Assembly (NCBI GenBank): GCA_903958045.1 | Contig: CAJBRT010000083.1 | Location: 7,353-71,352 of the forward strand | Direction of reading: 5' to 3' | Length of the DNA stretch: 64,000 nt | From: an uncultured Bacteroidota bacterium | GTDB taxonomy: Bacteria > Bacteroidota > Bacteroidia > Chitinophagales > Chitinophagaceae | Shown here: positions 16,151 through 25,441 of the stretch, one piece after another | How the letters are laid out: each line of letters begins with the position of its first letter | How positions within the stretch are numbered: position 1 is the first letter of the stretch | Notes under the pieces: model-generated | Told to the model about the DNA's origin: nothing | Database searches by the model: none | The model's input: only the letters and a program-made list of their open reading frames with translations | Program-made: the position numbers and the translations under genes

Positions 16151-17329
16151 CCCAGCAATCCAATTTTTAATGGTAACTATACTTAGTGTAGTCATAACCG
16201 CTACAACCATCCACCCTGCTATATCTAGCCACAAAGGCTGCTTATAATTTCCTACTATTTTTTTGTGGTGTGCGGCTATTAAAATAACGGCTAATGCTAT
16301 GGGTAAAATAAGACCGTTAAGTGCACCAACCGTTACAAGTATTTTTACAGGATTTCCTAAAACTGCAAATAGTAGGGTGCTCATAATTATGAAAATACTA
16401 ATTGCTATTTGCTGATACTTATCTACCCAGCTACTAAAATTTCGTAAAAAAGAAATAGAAGTATAAGCAGCTCCTACAACGGATGTAATGGCTGCACACC
16501 AGAGCACCACCCCAAAAAATATATAACCAATATTTCCAGCAGCTATTTTAAAAACACTAGCCGCCGGATTTGCAGGATCTAAAATGGCACCACCCGATAT
16601 AACGCCTAATGCTGCTAAAAATAAAACGATGCGCATGATAGCGGTAATGAATATACCCGAAACGGCACTTCTGTTGGTATCGCCTAGTGATGCTGTTCCG
16701 GAATAACCAGCATCCAACAAGCGGTGACCACCCGCAAAACAAATATATCCACCTACTGTTCCGCCAACGAGTGTTACCACCGATTTAGCACTAAACACTG
16801 TGGGCATAAAACTATGGGTTATGGCTTCATACACAGGCGGATTGGAACTTAGTGCGATAAATAAGGTAAGCGCCATCATAACAAGCCCTAGTATTTTGGT
16901 AAAACGGTCCAGTAGATCACCGGCTTCCTTCATCCAAAATATAAATAGGGCTAAAAAGCAACTGATTACTGCCCCCAGTTTTGGGTTTAGTCCGGTTAAT
17001 ACTTCGAGCCCTAGCCCACAACCCCCAATATTGCCAATATTAAAAGCGAGGCCGCCGATTACAATGAGCCCCGTTATCAAATACCCGAGGCCAGGCAATA
17101 GTTCATTGGCGATGATGGGTGCACGTTTACTACTTACAACCAAAATTCTCCAAATATTTAATTGTGCGCCAATATCTAATAGTATCGATAGTAGAATGAC
17201 AAAACCAAAACTAGCAAGTAGCTGCTGGGTAAAGACAGTGGTTTGCGTTAAAAATCCAGGGCCTATTGCAGAAGTGGCCATTAAAAAAGCCGCACCCAAT
17301 ATTGCATTTTGTTTTTTTCCTGAATTCAA
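16142..17329 (-). CDS. Nramp-family divalent metal transporter-like membrane protein (YcsG-like, pxp-associated)
   Basis: 395 aa, 11-12 TM segments, N-terminal ATSAIGPGFLTQTT motif typical of Nramp/MntH relatives. Lies immediately downstream of pxpA in the same operon, as with B. subtilis ycsG. Confidence 0.65.
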   Translation of the reverse strand: MNSGKKQNAILGAAFLMATSAIGPGFLTQTTVFTQQLLASFGFVILLSILLDIGAQLNIWRILVVSSKRAPIIANELLPGLGYLITGLIVIGGLAFNIGNIGGCGLGLEVLTGLNPKLGAVISCFLALFIFWMKEAGDLLDRFTKILGLVMMALTLFIALSSNPPVYEAITHSFMPTVFSAKSVVTLVGGTVGGYICFAGGHRLLDAGYSGTASLGDTNRSAVSGIFITAIMRIVLFLAALGVISGGAILDPANPAASVFKIAAGNIGYIFFGVVLWCAAITSVVGAAYTSISFLRNFSSWVDKYQQIAISIFIIMSTLLFAVLGNPVKILVTVGALNGLILPIALAVILIAAHHKKIVGNYKQPLWLDIAGWMVVAVMTTLSIVTIKNWIAGLL

Positions 17330-17331
17330 TG

Positions 17332-18045
17332 CTATTTATTTTTTACAAGTCTAAAAATTACTTTTGCGAATGCAAGCGCGTTGGGTGTATCGGCATGAAT
17401 ACAAATGGTGTCTGCAGCCACATTAATGATGGTTCCATCCATGGCTCTTATTTTTTTCTCTTGCATTAAAAGCGATACCTGTTTCTCCACGCTTTTTTCA
17501 TTTGTAAATACAGACCCACTAATATTTCTTGGGCACAAACTACCATCGTTTAAATAGGCTCTATCTGCAAAAACTTCATGTGCAATGGCAAGTTTTTGAT
17601 TCCTTGCTGCCTCTAACATAATGCTGCCGCTTAAACCAAAATATACAGCAGTAGGTAACTGGTCAAATACAGCCGTGGCAATGGTTGTAGCTAGTTCTAT
17701 ATTTTTAGCAGCTTGGTTGTATAAAGCGCCATGTGGTTTTACATGTGTTACAATTTCTCCCATTTCTTTTGCGATGCTTGAAAATTGCAGTAGCTGTTCA
17801 GCTACTATATCATAAACCGCTTCATTTGACAAAAACATTTCTTTTCTTCCAAAATTTTCTTTGTCTGCGTAAGAAAAGTGCGCCCCTATTTGTACTTTAT
17901 TTTTTTGCGCTAACGCAATTGTTTTTTTGATGGTATCCGTATTACCTGCATGATAACCGCAGGCAATGTTTGCAGCGTCTATATAGGGCATGAGCGTTTC
18001 GTCATTGTCTAACCCCTCGCCCATATCACAATTAATCAGTAGCAT
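17332..18045 (-). CDS. pxpA: 5-oxoprolinase subunit A (LamB/YcsF family)
   Basis: MLLINCDMGEG start (ATG 18045, 1 nt after the pxpC stop). LamB/YcsF-type sequence with adjacent pxpB and pxpC. Confidence 0.85.
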   Translation of the reverse strand: MLLINCDMGEGLDNDETLMPYIDAANIACGYHAGNTDTIKKTIALAQKNKVQIGAHFSYADKENFGRKEMFLSNEAVYDIVAEQLLQFSSIAKEMGEIVTHVKPHGALYNQAAKNIELATTIATAVFDQLPTAVYFGLSGSIMLEAARNQKLAIAHEVFADRAYLNDGSLCPRNISGSVFTNEKSVEKQVSLLMQEKKIRAMDGTIINVAADTICIHADTPNALAFAKVIFRLVKNK

Positions 18046-18046
18046 C

Positions 18047-18985
18047 TTATTTTTCTGAAAAGTATTCTTGTAACCTGAATTTACAGGCATTTTCTAATTG
18101 CTGCAAATTTGTTTCCTGCTGTAATAAAAGTGCTTCTGCATTTTCAATGCTTATCCATGCTATCCCAAATGAACTTCCAATAGGCATTTGTGCCAGCGAA
18201 GGCATGTCTGCGCTAATCACGGTTCCAATGCGAGGATAGCCACCAGTGGTTTGATGATCGGCCATTAGCACAATGAGTTGCCCACTTGGCGTTAATTGTA
18301 AAGTACCCCTTGTGACTGCCGTGGACAATAAATCTGGTGGAATGGTATGGGAAATGGGCCCACTATGTAAGCGAAAGCCCATTCGGTTACTTTGTACGTC
18401 TATTTCAAAGATTTTACTTTGAAATTTTTCTATTTCCTCTTTTGATAATACAGTAAAGTTGGGTCCTTGAATGCAGCGAATAATATTGGAACGATAAAAT
18501 TCCTTTGTATTGGCTGTCCACCCAAGTGTTAATGCATGTAATTGTCCCACTCCTTCAAAGTGATAACCAAATGATGCTACGGTGTTTAATATATCGTTTT
18601 TAATAAGCCGTCCTTTTTTATTTTCAAACCCACCTTGCACGGCTAGATAAATTCTAGCCCCAATAACGCGTGTGTTAAATGAAAGTATTGATCCAGCGTT
18701 TACAATGATGGGTTGATTGGCGCAAACGGTTTCATTATCCAGTGTAGCTGAACTCGCAGCACCTGTAAATGCAAAAATGGTTTCTTTATGAAATACAAGT
18801 TCTGCGGCAGGAATATGCATTTCTAATACAGTAGCGTTCCTTTTGTTCCCTACAAGTGCGTTGGCAACCGCATGGGCCACGATATCCATAGATCCGCCCG
18901 GACTAAATCCTTCCTGTTGTTTTCCGTTTTTAGGTAAACCTTGTAAGCTATCTAAAATTCCAGCTTTTATAATTTGAATACTCAT
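18047..18985 (-). CDS. pxpC: 5-oxoprolinase subunit C (KipA/allophanate hydrolase subunit 2-like)
   Basis: 312 aa with cyclophilin-like KipA-type sequence. Overlaps the pxpB stop by 4 nt. Confidence 0.85.
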   Translation of the reverse strand: MSIQIIKAGILDSLQGLPKNGKQQEGFSPGGSMDIVAHAVANALVGNKRNATVLEMHIPAAELVFHKETIFAFTGAASSATLDNETVCANQPIIVNAGSILSFNTRVIGARIYLAVQGGFENKKGRLIKNDILNTVASFGYHFEGVGQLHALTLGWTANTKEFYRSNIIRCIQGPNFTVLSKEEIEKFQSKIFEIDVQSNRMGFRLHSGPISHTIPPDLLSTAVTRGTLQLTPSGQLIVLMADHQTTGGYPRIGTVISADMPSLAQMPIGSSFGIAWISIENAEALLLQQETNLQQLENACKFRLQEYFSEK

Positions 18986-19704
18986 TGTTTATTTAGTTTT
19001 TCAAATTCTAAAAGAGAAATCGCATTAAATTTTACAAAGCTTCCAGGCTTTAATAAAATGTTTTCGTTTTCATCCATTAATGGAACTGGCGTTTTACCAA
19101 TAATTTGCCAACCACCTGGTGAACCTGTTGGGTATATACCTGTTTGAACGCCAGCAATACCAACGCTTCCAGCATGTACCAGTGGTCTTGGACTTTCATG
19201 TCTTGGTGTTTGAATAGCAGGATCTACAATTCCCATATAAGCAAAGCCAGGTAAAAAGCCATTCATAAAAACACGGTATGTTATAGCTGTATGTAATTCA
19301 ATAACCTGTTGGGTAGTTAGATTATGCATTCTTGCCACTGATTCAATATCGAGTCCCACACTTTTATCATAACAAACAGGAATGATGATTTCTTCATGAA
19401 TGGTTTCAACAGGATTCATCTCCGCTGTTATAGTATCTTCCATCCATTTTTTTACGAATGCATGAACGGGAACCGTATGTCCATTTTTTAATTGATGCTG
19501 GTACACTGTCATATAATCGTAAACAACAGTTATAGAACTATACGCAGGAATAATGTCTGTAACGCCTTCCAATTTATTTTTTATAAGGGACCCCAATATC
19601 ATGTACACCCTTTCATTTGTTTTAATACTGATGGGTCCACCAAAATCAAGTGTAACCGCTTGATCCGATACAGAATAAATTTGATAAGAATTGGTGGCAG
19701 ACAT
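18982..19704 (-). CDS. pxpB: 5-oxoprolinase subunit B (KipI/allophanate hydrolase subunit 1-like)
   Basis: 240 aa with KipI-type sequence. First gene of the pxpB-pxpC-pxpA-nramp operon. Confidence 0.85.
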   Translation of the reverse strand: MSATNSYQIYSVSDQAVTLDFGGPISIKTNERVYMILGSLIKNKLEGVTDIIPAYSSITVVYDYMTVYQHQLKNGHTVPVHAFVKKWMEDTITAEMNPVETIHEEIIIPVCYDKSVGLDIESVARMHNLTTQQVIELHTAITYRVFMNGFLPGFAYMGIVDPAIQTPRHESPRPLVHAGSVGIAGVQTGIYPTGSPGGWQIIGKTPVPLMDENENILLKPGSFVKFNAISLLEFEKLNKQ

Positions 19705-19794
19705 AACCTCAAATTACACCAACTATTTCATAATTGATCGTTACATTTTTTTGTTAAAAATAATAGCGCTCCAATAGGTGGAGGACACTGCGCG

Positions 19795-19802
19795 TATCTT
19801 TG
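19795..19802 (+). promoter_or_regulatory. -7 promoter box TATCTTTG upstream of rmuC
   Basis: Exact TAnnTTTG match 18 nt upstream of ATG 19821. Confidence 0.4.
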
Positions 19803-19820
19803 CATTCTAAAATTCTACCA

Positions 19821-21092
19821 ATGAATGAATTTGTTTTATATGCTTTGCTTGCCGTTACGAGCGTATCGCTTTTTCTCGTAGTCCTATTACTTTCAAAATC
19901 CAATAGTGGCGCAGGTTTGCAAAAAGAAATGGCCGTACTACAATCTAAAATCGCACAATTAGAACACTCTATAAAAACAGATTTTAGTATGAACAGAACA
20001 GAGATCAACAACAGGCTACAATCTGGACTTGACGGTCTTATTCAAAAAACGGATACCAACCATAAACACAATAGAGATGATTTAAGAACTGGCTTAATTG
20101 ATTTAACCCAAGAGCTTAAAAATAAATTTACCGAACTAACAGACGGTCAATCTAAACTGGTGCAACAGACCGAAAAAAAGTTAGAACAAATGCGCGAAAC
20201 AGTCGACGAAAAGCTTCAAAAAACGTTGAATGAAAGACTCGGTCAATCCTTTGAAGCGGTGGGTAAACAATTGGAAGCCGTACAGCTTGGTCTTGGCGAA
20301 ATGAAAACGCTTGCAAACGATGTGGGCGGATTAAAAAAAGTACTCAGCAATGTTAAAATGCGCGGTGGTATAGGCGAAGTGCAACTAGCCATGCTATTAG
20401 AGCAAATACTAGCACCAGAGCAGTATGCTGCCAATGTTAAAACCAAACAAAACAGTGCAGACATTGTGGAATTTGCCATTAAACTACCTGGCCGTGACGA
20501 TAGCAATAAACAGGTGTGGCTTCCTATCGATGCAAAATTTCCCAAAGATGTGTATGAGCAGTTACAAACCGCTTATGACACTTCTGATATTGCACAGATA
20601 GAAATAGCGCAAAAAAATTTAGAGCAAACCATAAAAAAAATGGCCAAAGATATTTCTGATAAATACATAGATCCGCCTAATACTACAGATTTCGGAATTC
20701 TATTTTTACCATTTGAGGGCATTTATGCCGAAGTAGTAAGAAAAGCAAGCCTACTAGAAGATTTACAACGCAATTATAAAATAGTGGTGACGGGACCAAG
20801 CACCCTAGCCGCCATTTTAAACAGTTTACAAATGGGCTTTAAAACACTTGCTATTCAAAAGCGAAGTGGCGAAGTTTGGAAAGTGCTCGGTAATGTAAAA
20901 ACGGAGTTCGAAAAATTTGGCGGCCTTATCGAAAAGGCACAAGGCAATATTCAAAATGGACTTAAGCAACTAGACGAAGTGGTGGGTGTGCGTACCCGTG
21001 CTATTCAGCGTCAATTAAGGGATGTAGAGGTTTTAAATGATGCTCCGGATAGTTCAAATGCCCTCGAAAATCCGGGCATAGCACTTGATTAA
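19821..21092 (+). CDS. rmuC: DNA recombination protein RmuC
   Basis: About 423 aa from MNEFVLYALL. N-terminal TM segment, long coiled-coil, and a C-terminal RmuC nuclease-like domain (GIGEVQL..LPIDAKFP..FLPFEGIY). Confidence 0.85.
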   Translation: MNEFVLYALLAVTSVSLFLVVLLLSKSNSGAGLQKEMAVLQSKIAQLEHSIKTDFSMNRTEINNRLQSGLDGLIQKTDTNHKHNRDDLRTGLIDLTQELKNKFTELTDGQSKLVQQTEKKLEQMRETVDEKLQKTLNERLGQSFEAVGKQLEAVQLGLGEMKTLANDVGGLKKVLSNVKMRGGIGEVQLAMLLEQILAPEQYAANVKTKQNSADIVEFAIKLPGRDDSNKQVWLPIDAKFPKDVYEQLQTAYDTSDIAQIEIAQKNLEQTIKKMAKDISDKYIDPPNTTDFGILFLPFEGIYAEVVRKASLLEDLQRNYKIVVTGPSTLAAILNSLQMGFKTLAIQKRSGEVWKVLGNVKTEFEKFGGLIEKAQGNIQNGLKQLDEVVGVRTRAIQRQLRDVEVLNDAPDSSNALENPGIALD

Positions 21093-22036
21093 GGGATGTT
21101 TAAAAACGTACAGATCGCAGCAGCTACTTTGGCAGGTGTTTCTTCCATAGGCGCATGTCCAACATTTTGAAATACAACTAGCTTACTTCCCATTATGTCT
21201 TTATTAAAAAGATATGCATTGGAAACGTTGATGAGTTGATCCTGATCGCCCCATATAATCAGTGTTGGAATTTGAATTGTTTTGATGGGCTCAGGGTTAG
21301 GTTTAAAGCCGGCCTTAAAAATTGAGAGTGCCGCTTTTCTATTACCTTCTCTTAAAAGTAAATCGTGGTAACGATCAATAGATTCGTTATTGATTTTGGT
21401 TTTATCTACAAAAACGCCCTCCAAACTTTTTTTGACTAAAAATTTAGGCGTTACCCATAATAATAAATTATTGATAACAGGCATACTTGCAATTTTAAAA
21501 CCAATCGACCCCTTTTCATTTTTTTTGGGATATCCACTCGCGTCAAGTAATATTAATTGCTGCACCCGTTTTTTGTTATAGAGCGCGTAATGCCATGCAA
21601 TGCTTCCCCCTAGTGAGTTTCCGGCTACAATACAAGATGTAATTTGTAATTTTTCTAATACCGAATCTACAAAAATGTTATACACTTCTGCATTGTATGT
21701 ATTTTCTTTGTTGGGACCAGTAAGTCCAAAAGCAGGTAAGTCAAAACGAATTATTTTTTTCTTGTTTTTTAGAAGTAGTGTTAAACTATCCCAGGTATGC
21801 AGGGATGCCGATGTGCCGTGAATTAACACGATTGGAAGCGTATCTGAGGCAGGACCCTCTACTCTATAATGTACCTGCATGCCTAAAACCGGTAAGAATT
21901 TTGATTCTTTGTTCGCATAAATAGGCAGTAGTGTTTCTAATTTTTTATCCTTTTCTGCTAGCACCAAAATCCCTCCACCAACAGCAACTAGGATTGTTAC
22001 GATTCCAAATCCAATATATTGAATGATTTTTTTCAT
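21089..22036 (-). CDS. Alpha/beta hydrolase
   Basis: 315 aa. N-terminal TM anchor, HGTSAS oxyanion region, nucleophile elbow GNSLGG, and C-terminal His (VGHAPMEE). Confidence 0.8.
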   Translation of the reverse strand: MKKIIQYIGFGIVTILVAVGGGILVLAEKDKKLETLLPIYANKESKFLPVLGMQVHYRVEGPASDTLPIVLIHGTSASLHTWDSLTLLLKNKKKIIRFDLPAFGLTGPNKENTYNAEVYNIFVDSVLEKLQITSCIVAGNSLGGSIAWHYALYNKKRVQQLILLDASGYPKKNEKGSIGFKIASMPVINNLLLWVTPKFLVKKSLEGVFVDKTKINNESIDRYHDLLLREGNRKAALSIFKAGFKPNPEPIKTIQIPTLIIWGDQDQLINVSNAYLFNKDIMGSKLVVFQNVGHAPMEETPAKVAAAICTFLNIP

Positions 22037-22041
22037 GGGTA

Positions 22042-22482
22042 CTATTGTTTATTTGCTTCTATTGATTCATTAATTGCTTTGATAAAATCAGCAGCAACCA
22101 TTGGTTGTTCATGATTCCAGCGTTTCAAAATTTTTCCTTCGGCATCTGTAAGGATGCTATAAGGTGCCAACATTTTATTGTTAAAGCGTTCAATTAGTAT
22201 TGTATTATGGTAATACTGTTTTTCGTTTTCAGGATGAAGCGGTATTCCTATATCTATTTTTAACAGCACCACCTGTTTGTTTGCATATGCTACAAATTCG
22301 TTGGTATCAAATATTGCTTTTTCTAATTTAGCATTTTTAGCATCACTAGTTTTTTTCACAAAATGAATGAGAATGATTTTGTTTTCTTTGATTGAACGCT
22401 GTTTTGCAACATCAAAATTTGATTCCCAAGTAGGAGATAGTTGAATGAGTGGAAAAAGAAAAATCAATAGTAGGCGCAGCAT
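22042..22482 (-). CDS. Thioredoxin-fold protein lacking the CxxC motif
   Basis: About 146 aa from MLRLLLIF (ATG 22482, 1 nt after the upstream stop). DUF255/thioredoxin-like layout, but the mature protein contains no Cys. Confidence 0.55.
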   Translation of the reverse strand: MLRLLLIFLFPLIQLSPTWESNFDVAKQRSIKENKIILIHFVKKTSDAKNAKLEKAIFDTNEFVAYANKQVVLLKIDIGIPLHPENEKQYYHNTILIERFNNKMLAPYSILTDAEGKILKRWNHEQPMVAADFIKAINESIEANKQ

Positions 22483-22483
22483 C

Positions 22484-24001
22484 TTAATTTGTTTTATTGT
22501 TGCGCAACACCAATAACTGTGGGAAATGTTCAATCCCTTTCATTAGGAGTTGCGTCATTTCACTAAAGGTATAAATAAATGAACCAAGTACGATATCTGT
22601 GTCACCATCTTTATCTATATCAGCTACTTCCATGGTAAGCCATTTTCCATTGGCTGTTTCTGGTGTAGAGGAAGCGCTGAACTGCATATTGCCCGTGTTT
22701 TCATAGTATATAAATCCTTGTTCAGGTTTAGCAAGGTCATCATAAAAAGAAATTGCAGCAATATCTAGATCCCCATCTCCATCAAAGTCTCTTGCCACAG
22801 CTTTACTAGCCCCATACATTGGAAAGAAAAAGCTTTCTTTAAAATGATTGAGTTTGTCATTCATTAAAATGCGAACGCCATGAAACCTTTTTTTAACCCT
22901 CGACAAATCCCAGTTGTCTCCATTGGTCATAACGATGTCTAAATAACCGTCTTTGTTCATATCCACCATTTCAAAATAACTTACACCATACACGGGTGGA
23001 AATTTAACGAGCGTTGTTTCTTTAAAACTACCACCTCCTTTATTTTCTAAATAGTAGATTCCTTCGTAGGCCTGCGCCATCATTACAACGATGTCTAGTT
23101 TGCCATCTTTATTTAAATCTACTATTTCTGCTTTTCTAGCACCCGGACGGTATATTAAAACATTTTCTTTACGGATGTCACCACCATCTAACCAACTTAT
23201 TTTGCCGGTATGATTACCAAATTGACAAATAATAATATCTTCTTTTCCGTCTTGGTTGACATCTGCCTTTTCAACATGTACAGGTCTTGCCAAACCGCCA
23301 AAAGAGTTTTTCTGATCCGAAGAGTCAAGTGACAACAACAACCCTTCCTTTTTTTCAGAAGGTGCAATACTACCAATACATAAGACCCTTGGTTCTTTAT
23401 TTTTCTCAAACAATAAATCAACTACCGCAGATGGTGTATTCCAAGTTTCGGTGAGTTGTAAATTTTTATCTAAAGCATATAACTCATTAATGGCATCGCT
23501 CGCATACAATGTGCCGGTTGCTTCATTGTATTTAATCATGCTTGTTTTGGGTGCTTGTTTGTTATCGATAAATACAGGCTGACTAAAAAATTGTCTTATG
23601 GAAGTTTTTACGACAGTGGTAGTTTTTGATGGAATAACAGTTGCTGGAGCTTTTGCAATATAAAAGTCTACAATTTTTTGCCAGTCCGATTTAGAAATAA
23701 TAGGTGAATTTGGATAGACCCTCAATTTTTCTACAATGGCCGCTTCATCTGGCTCCATTTCTGCATAGGGGCTATCATTAACGCCTCTAATTCCCATGCG
23801 CCAACCCATATTAGGTAGTATACTTTCTTTCCAGGTTTTTTTATCTAGTAAATCGGGCGCCGTATACATATGACAACTCCCACAATATTGTTTTGCAAGG
23901 GCTTCTCCCGTTGTATTCGTTGGAGCTGTTTTGGATGTAAAAGAAAAGAGTCCGCAAACTACAATAGCGAATAAGCCGATAATTACTAATTTAATCTTCA
24001 T
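22484..24001 (-). CDS. FG-GAP/VCBS repeat beta-propeller protein with N-terminal CxxCH heme-c motif
   Basis: 505 aa with a signal/anchor. Contains CGSCH near the N-terminus and five D-x-[ND]-x-DG-x-x-D-[IL] repeats (DVNQDGKEDIII, DLNKDGKLDIVV, DMNKDGYLDIVM, DFDGDGDLDIAA, DIDKDGDTDIVL). Confidence 0.7.
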   Translation of the reverse strand: MKIKLVIIGLFAIVVCGLFSFTSKTAPTNTTGEALAKQYCGSCHMYTAPDLLDKKTWKESILPNMGWRMGIRGVNDSPYAEMEPDEAAIVEKLRVYPNSPIISKSDWQKIVDFYIAKAPATVIPSKTTTVVKTSIRQFFSQPVFIDNKQAPKTSMIKYNEATGTLYASDAINELYALDKNLQLTETWNTPSAVVDLLFEKNKEPRVLCIGSIAPSEKKEGLLLSLDSSDQKNSFGGLARPVHVEKADVNQDGKEDIIICQFGNHTGKISWLDGGDIRKENVLIYRPGARKAEIVDLNKDGKLDIVVMMAQAYEGIYYLENKGGGSFKETTLVKFPPVYGVSYFEMVDMNKDGYLDIVMTNGDNWDLSRVKKRFHGVRILMNDKLNHFKESFFFPMYGASKAVARDFDGDGDLDIAAISFYDDLAKPEQGFIYYENTGNMQFSASSTPETANGKWLTMEVADIDKDGDTDIVLGSFIYTFSEMTQLLMKGIEHFPQLLVLRNNKTN

Positions 24002-24060
24002 TTTTCTTAATTTTACAACCGTTTGTAATGGTTCATTACAAATATATTAATACGCCAACT

Positions 24061-24714
24061 ATGAATAAGAATTATTCTCATTACATCTTGGTTGCTATTT
24101 TACTGGCAGCACCTTTTGCATACCTATCTACTTTTTATGCTAGTTTACCGGCAACCATTCCTACCCACTTTAACATTAAAGGAGAGGCTGATGGGTTTGG
24201 ATCAAAAAGCATGGCTTTTTTTGGACCTGTTTTTATTGGAATCGTTAGTTTGTTTACCTATTTAGTAATGATCAATATCAAAAAAATTGATCCTAAAAGA
24301 TATGAAAACAATAATGACGCCTATTTTAAAATATTTGGACTCATCACTGTAGCATTTTTGTCTGGGATAAATATGGTGATATTGACTAAAACCAAACAAC
24401 CAGATCTTCCTATCGATAAATTGATACTTCCACTTCTCGGCCTGTTTTTTGCCGTAATGGGTTCTTTTTTTCCAAAGCTAACTCAAAACTATTTTGCGGG
24501 ATTTAAACTGCCGTGGACATTAGCTAATGAAGAAAATTGGAAAGCCACGCATATCGTTGCTGGTAAATTTTGGTTGTATGGAGGCATACTTCAAATGATA
24601 CTTGGTTTTGTGTTACCAGGTATGTGGTCATTTATTAGTTTTTTTGTGATCATGATACCTATGGTAATTGTGCCTATCATCTATTCGTATCGTTTCTTTA
24701 AAGCCGGCAATTAA
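24061..24714 (+). CDS. SdpI/YhfL-family membrane protein (DUF1648 N-terminal region)
   Basis: About 217 aa from MNKNYSHY. LPATIPTHFNIKGEADGFGSK is typical of DUF1648, and there are 5-6 TM segments. Confidence 0.65.
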   Translation: MNKNYSHYILVAILLAAPFAYLSTFYASLPATIPTHFNIKGEADGFGSKSMAFFGPVFIGIVSLFTYLVMINIKKIDPKRYENNNDAYFKIFGLITVAFLSGINMVILTKTKQPDLPIDKLILPLLGLFFAVMGSFFPKLTQNYFAGFKLPWTLANEENWKATHIVAGKFWLYGGILQMILGFVLPGMWSFISFFVIMIPMVIVPIIYSYRFFKAGN

Positions 24715-24719
24715 GTATA

Positions 24720-25412
24720 TTATTTTCGAAGTAATGTATAGATGTCTTCATCAGTATCTATATTGCTCATTTGTTTTAAAATTTGTGGGTAGCGCCAACT
24801 TACACGCCGACTCATTGGACTTGCTGTAAATTTTTTGGGATTTGGAAACCCGGCCACAATCATGGCAGCCTGCGAAGGTGTTAATGATTTGGCTGATTTA
24901 TTAAAATAATGTCTGGCCGCTGCTTCCATTCCAAAACAGCCTGGTCCGGTTTCAATGACATTTAAATAAACTTCTAAAATTCTTTTTTTACCCCAAATAA
25001 GTTCTATCAAAAACGTGAAATATATTTCTGGAATTTTTCGAATGTATTTATCATAAGAACCACCCTGCCATAAAAAAACATTTTTTGCAACCTGTTGTGT
25101 TATCGTGCTAGCGCCTCCACCTAATGGAATTTTACTTTTCTTCTTTTTCTTTTTTGGCCGTAGGCTTTTTTCGATGGCGTCAAAATCAAATCCAATATGC
25201 TCTGCAAATAGTTGATCTTCGCTAGCGATAGCTGCTAGCTTACTCTGATAGCCCAGTTCATCCCAACTTACATAATCTCTTTTTAAACCAAGCCCAAATG
25301 CATTGGTGAGCTGTGTGATGGTGATAGGAGGATCCACAAACTTTGTTATCAACACGTATAAAAACGAGCTAACAAATAAATACAATAAAACCCGCTTAAT
25401 TTTCCCAATCAC
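24720..25412 (-). CDS. mtgA: Monofunctional biosynthetic peptidoglycan transglycosylase
   Basis: 230 aa with a GTG start. GT51 motifs EDQLFAEHIGFD and GASTITQQVAKN. Confidence 0.85.
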   Translation of the reverse strand: MIGKIKRVLLYLFVSSFLYVLITKFVDPPITITQLTNAFGLGLKRDYVSWDELGYQSKLAAIASEDQLFAEHIGFDFDAIEKSLRPKKKKKKSKIPLGGGASTITQQVAKNVFLWQGGSYDKYIRKIPEIYFTFLIELIWGKKRILEVYLNVIETGPGCFGMEAAARHYFNKSAKSLTPSQAAMIVAGFPNPKKFTASPMSRRVSWRYPQILKQMSNIDTDEDIYTLLRK

Positions 25413-25441
25413 GATTAAAGTTTTTCTAAATTACAAATCTT

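Noticed and set aside
16800-17354. 184-aa plus-strand ORF, the longest unexplained ORF in the track.
   Set aside because: It lies entirely antisense to the well-supported Nramp-like gene. The protein is Ser/Pro/Ile-rich and low in complexity, with no motifs. This is the typical shadow ORF of a membrane-protein gene.
25131-25158. Purine/pyrimidine-pure tract encoding KKKKKKSK inside mtgA, a possible slippage or phase-variation site.
   Set aside because: The tract is interrupted (AAA, AAG and AGA mixtures) rather than a true homopolymer, and the reading frame is intact. It is most simply a Lys-rich linker.
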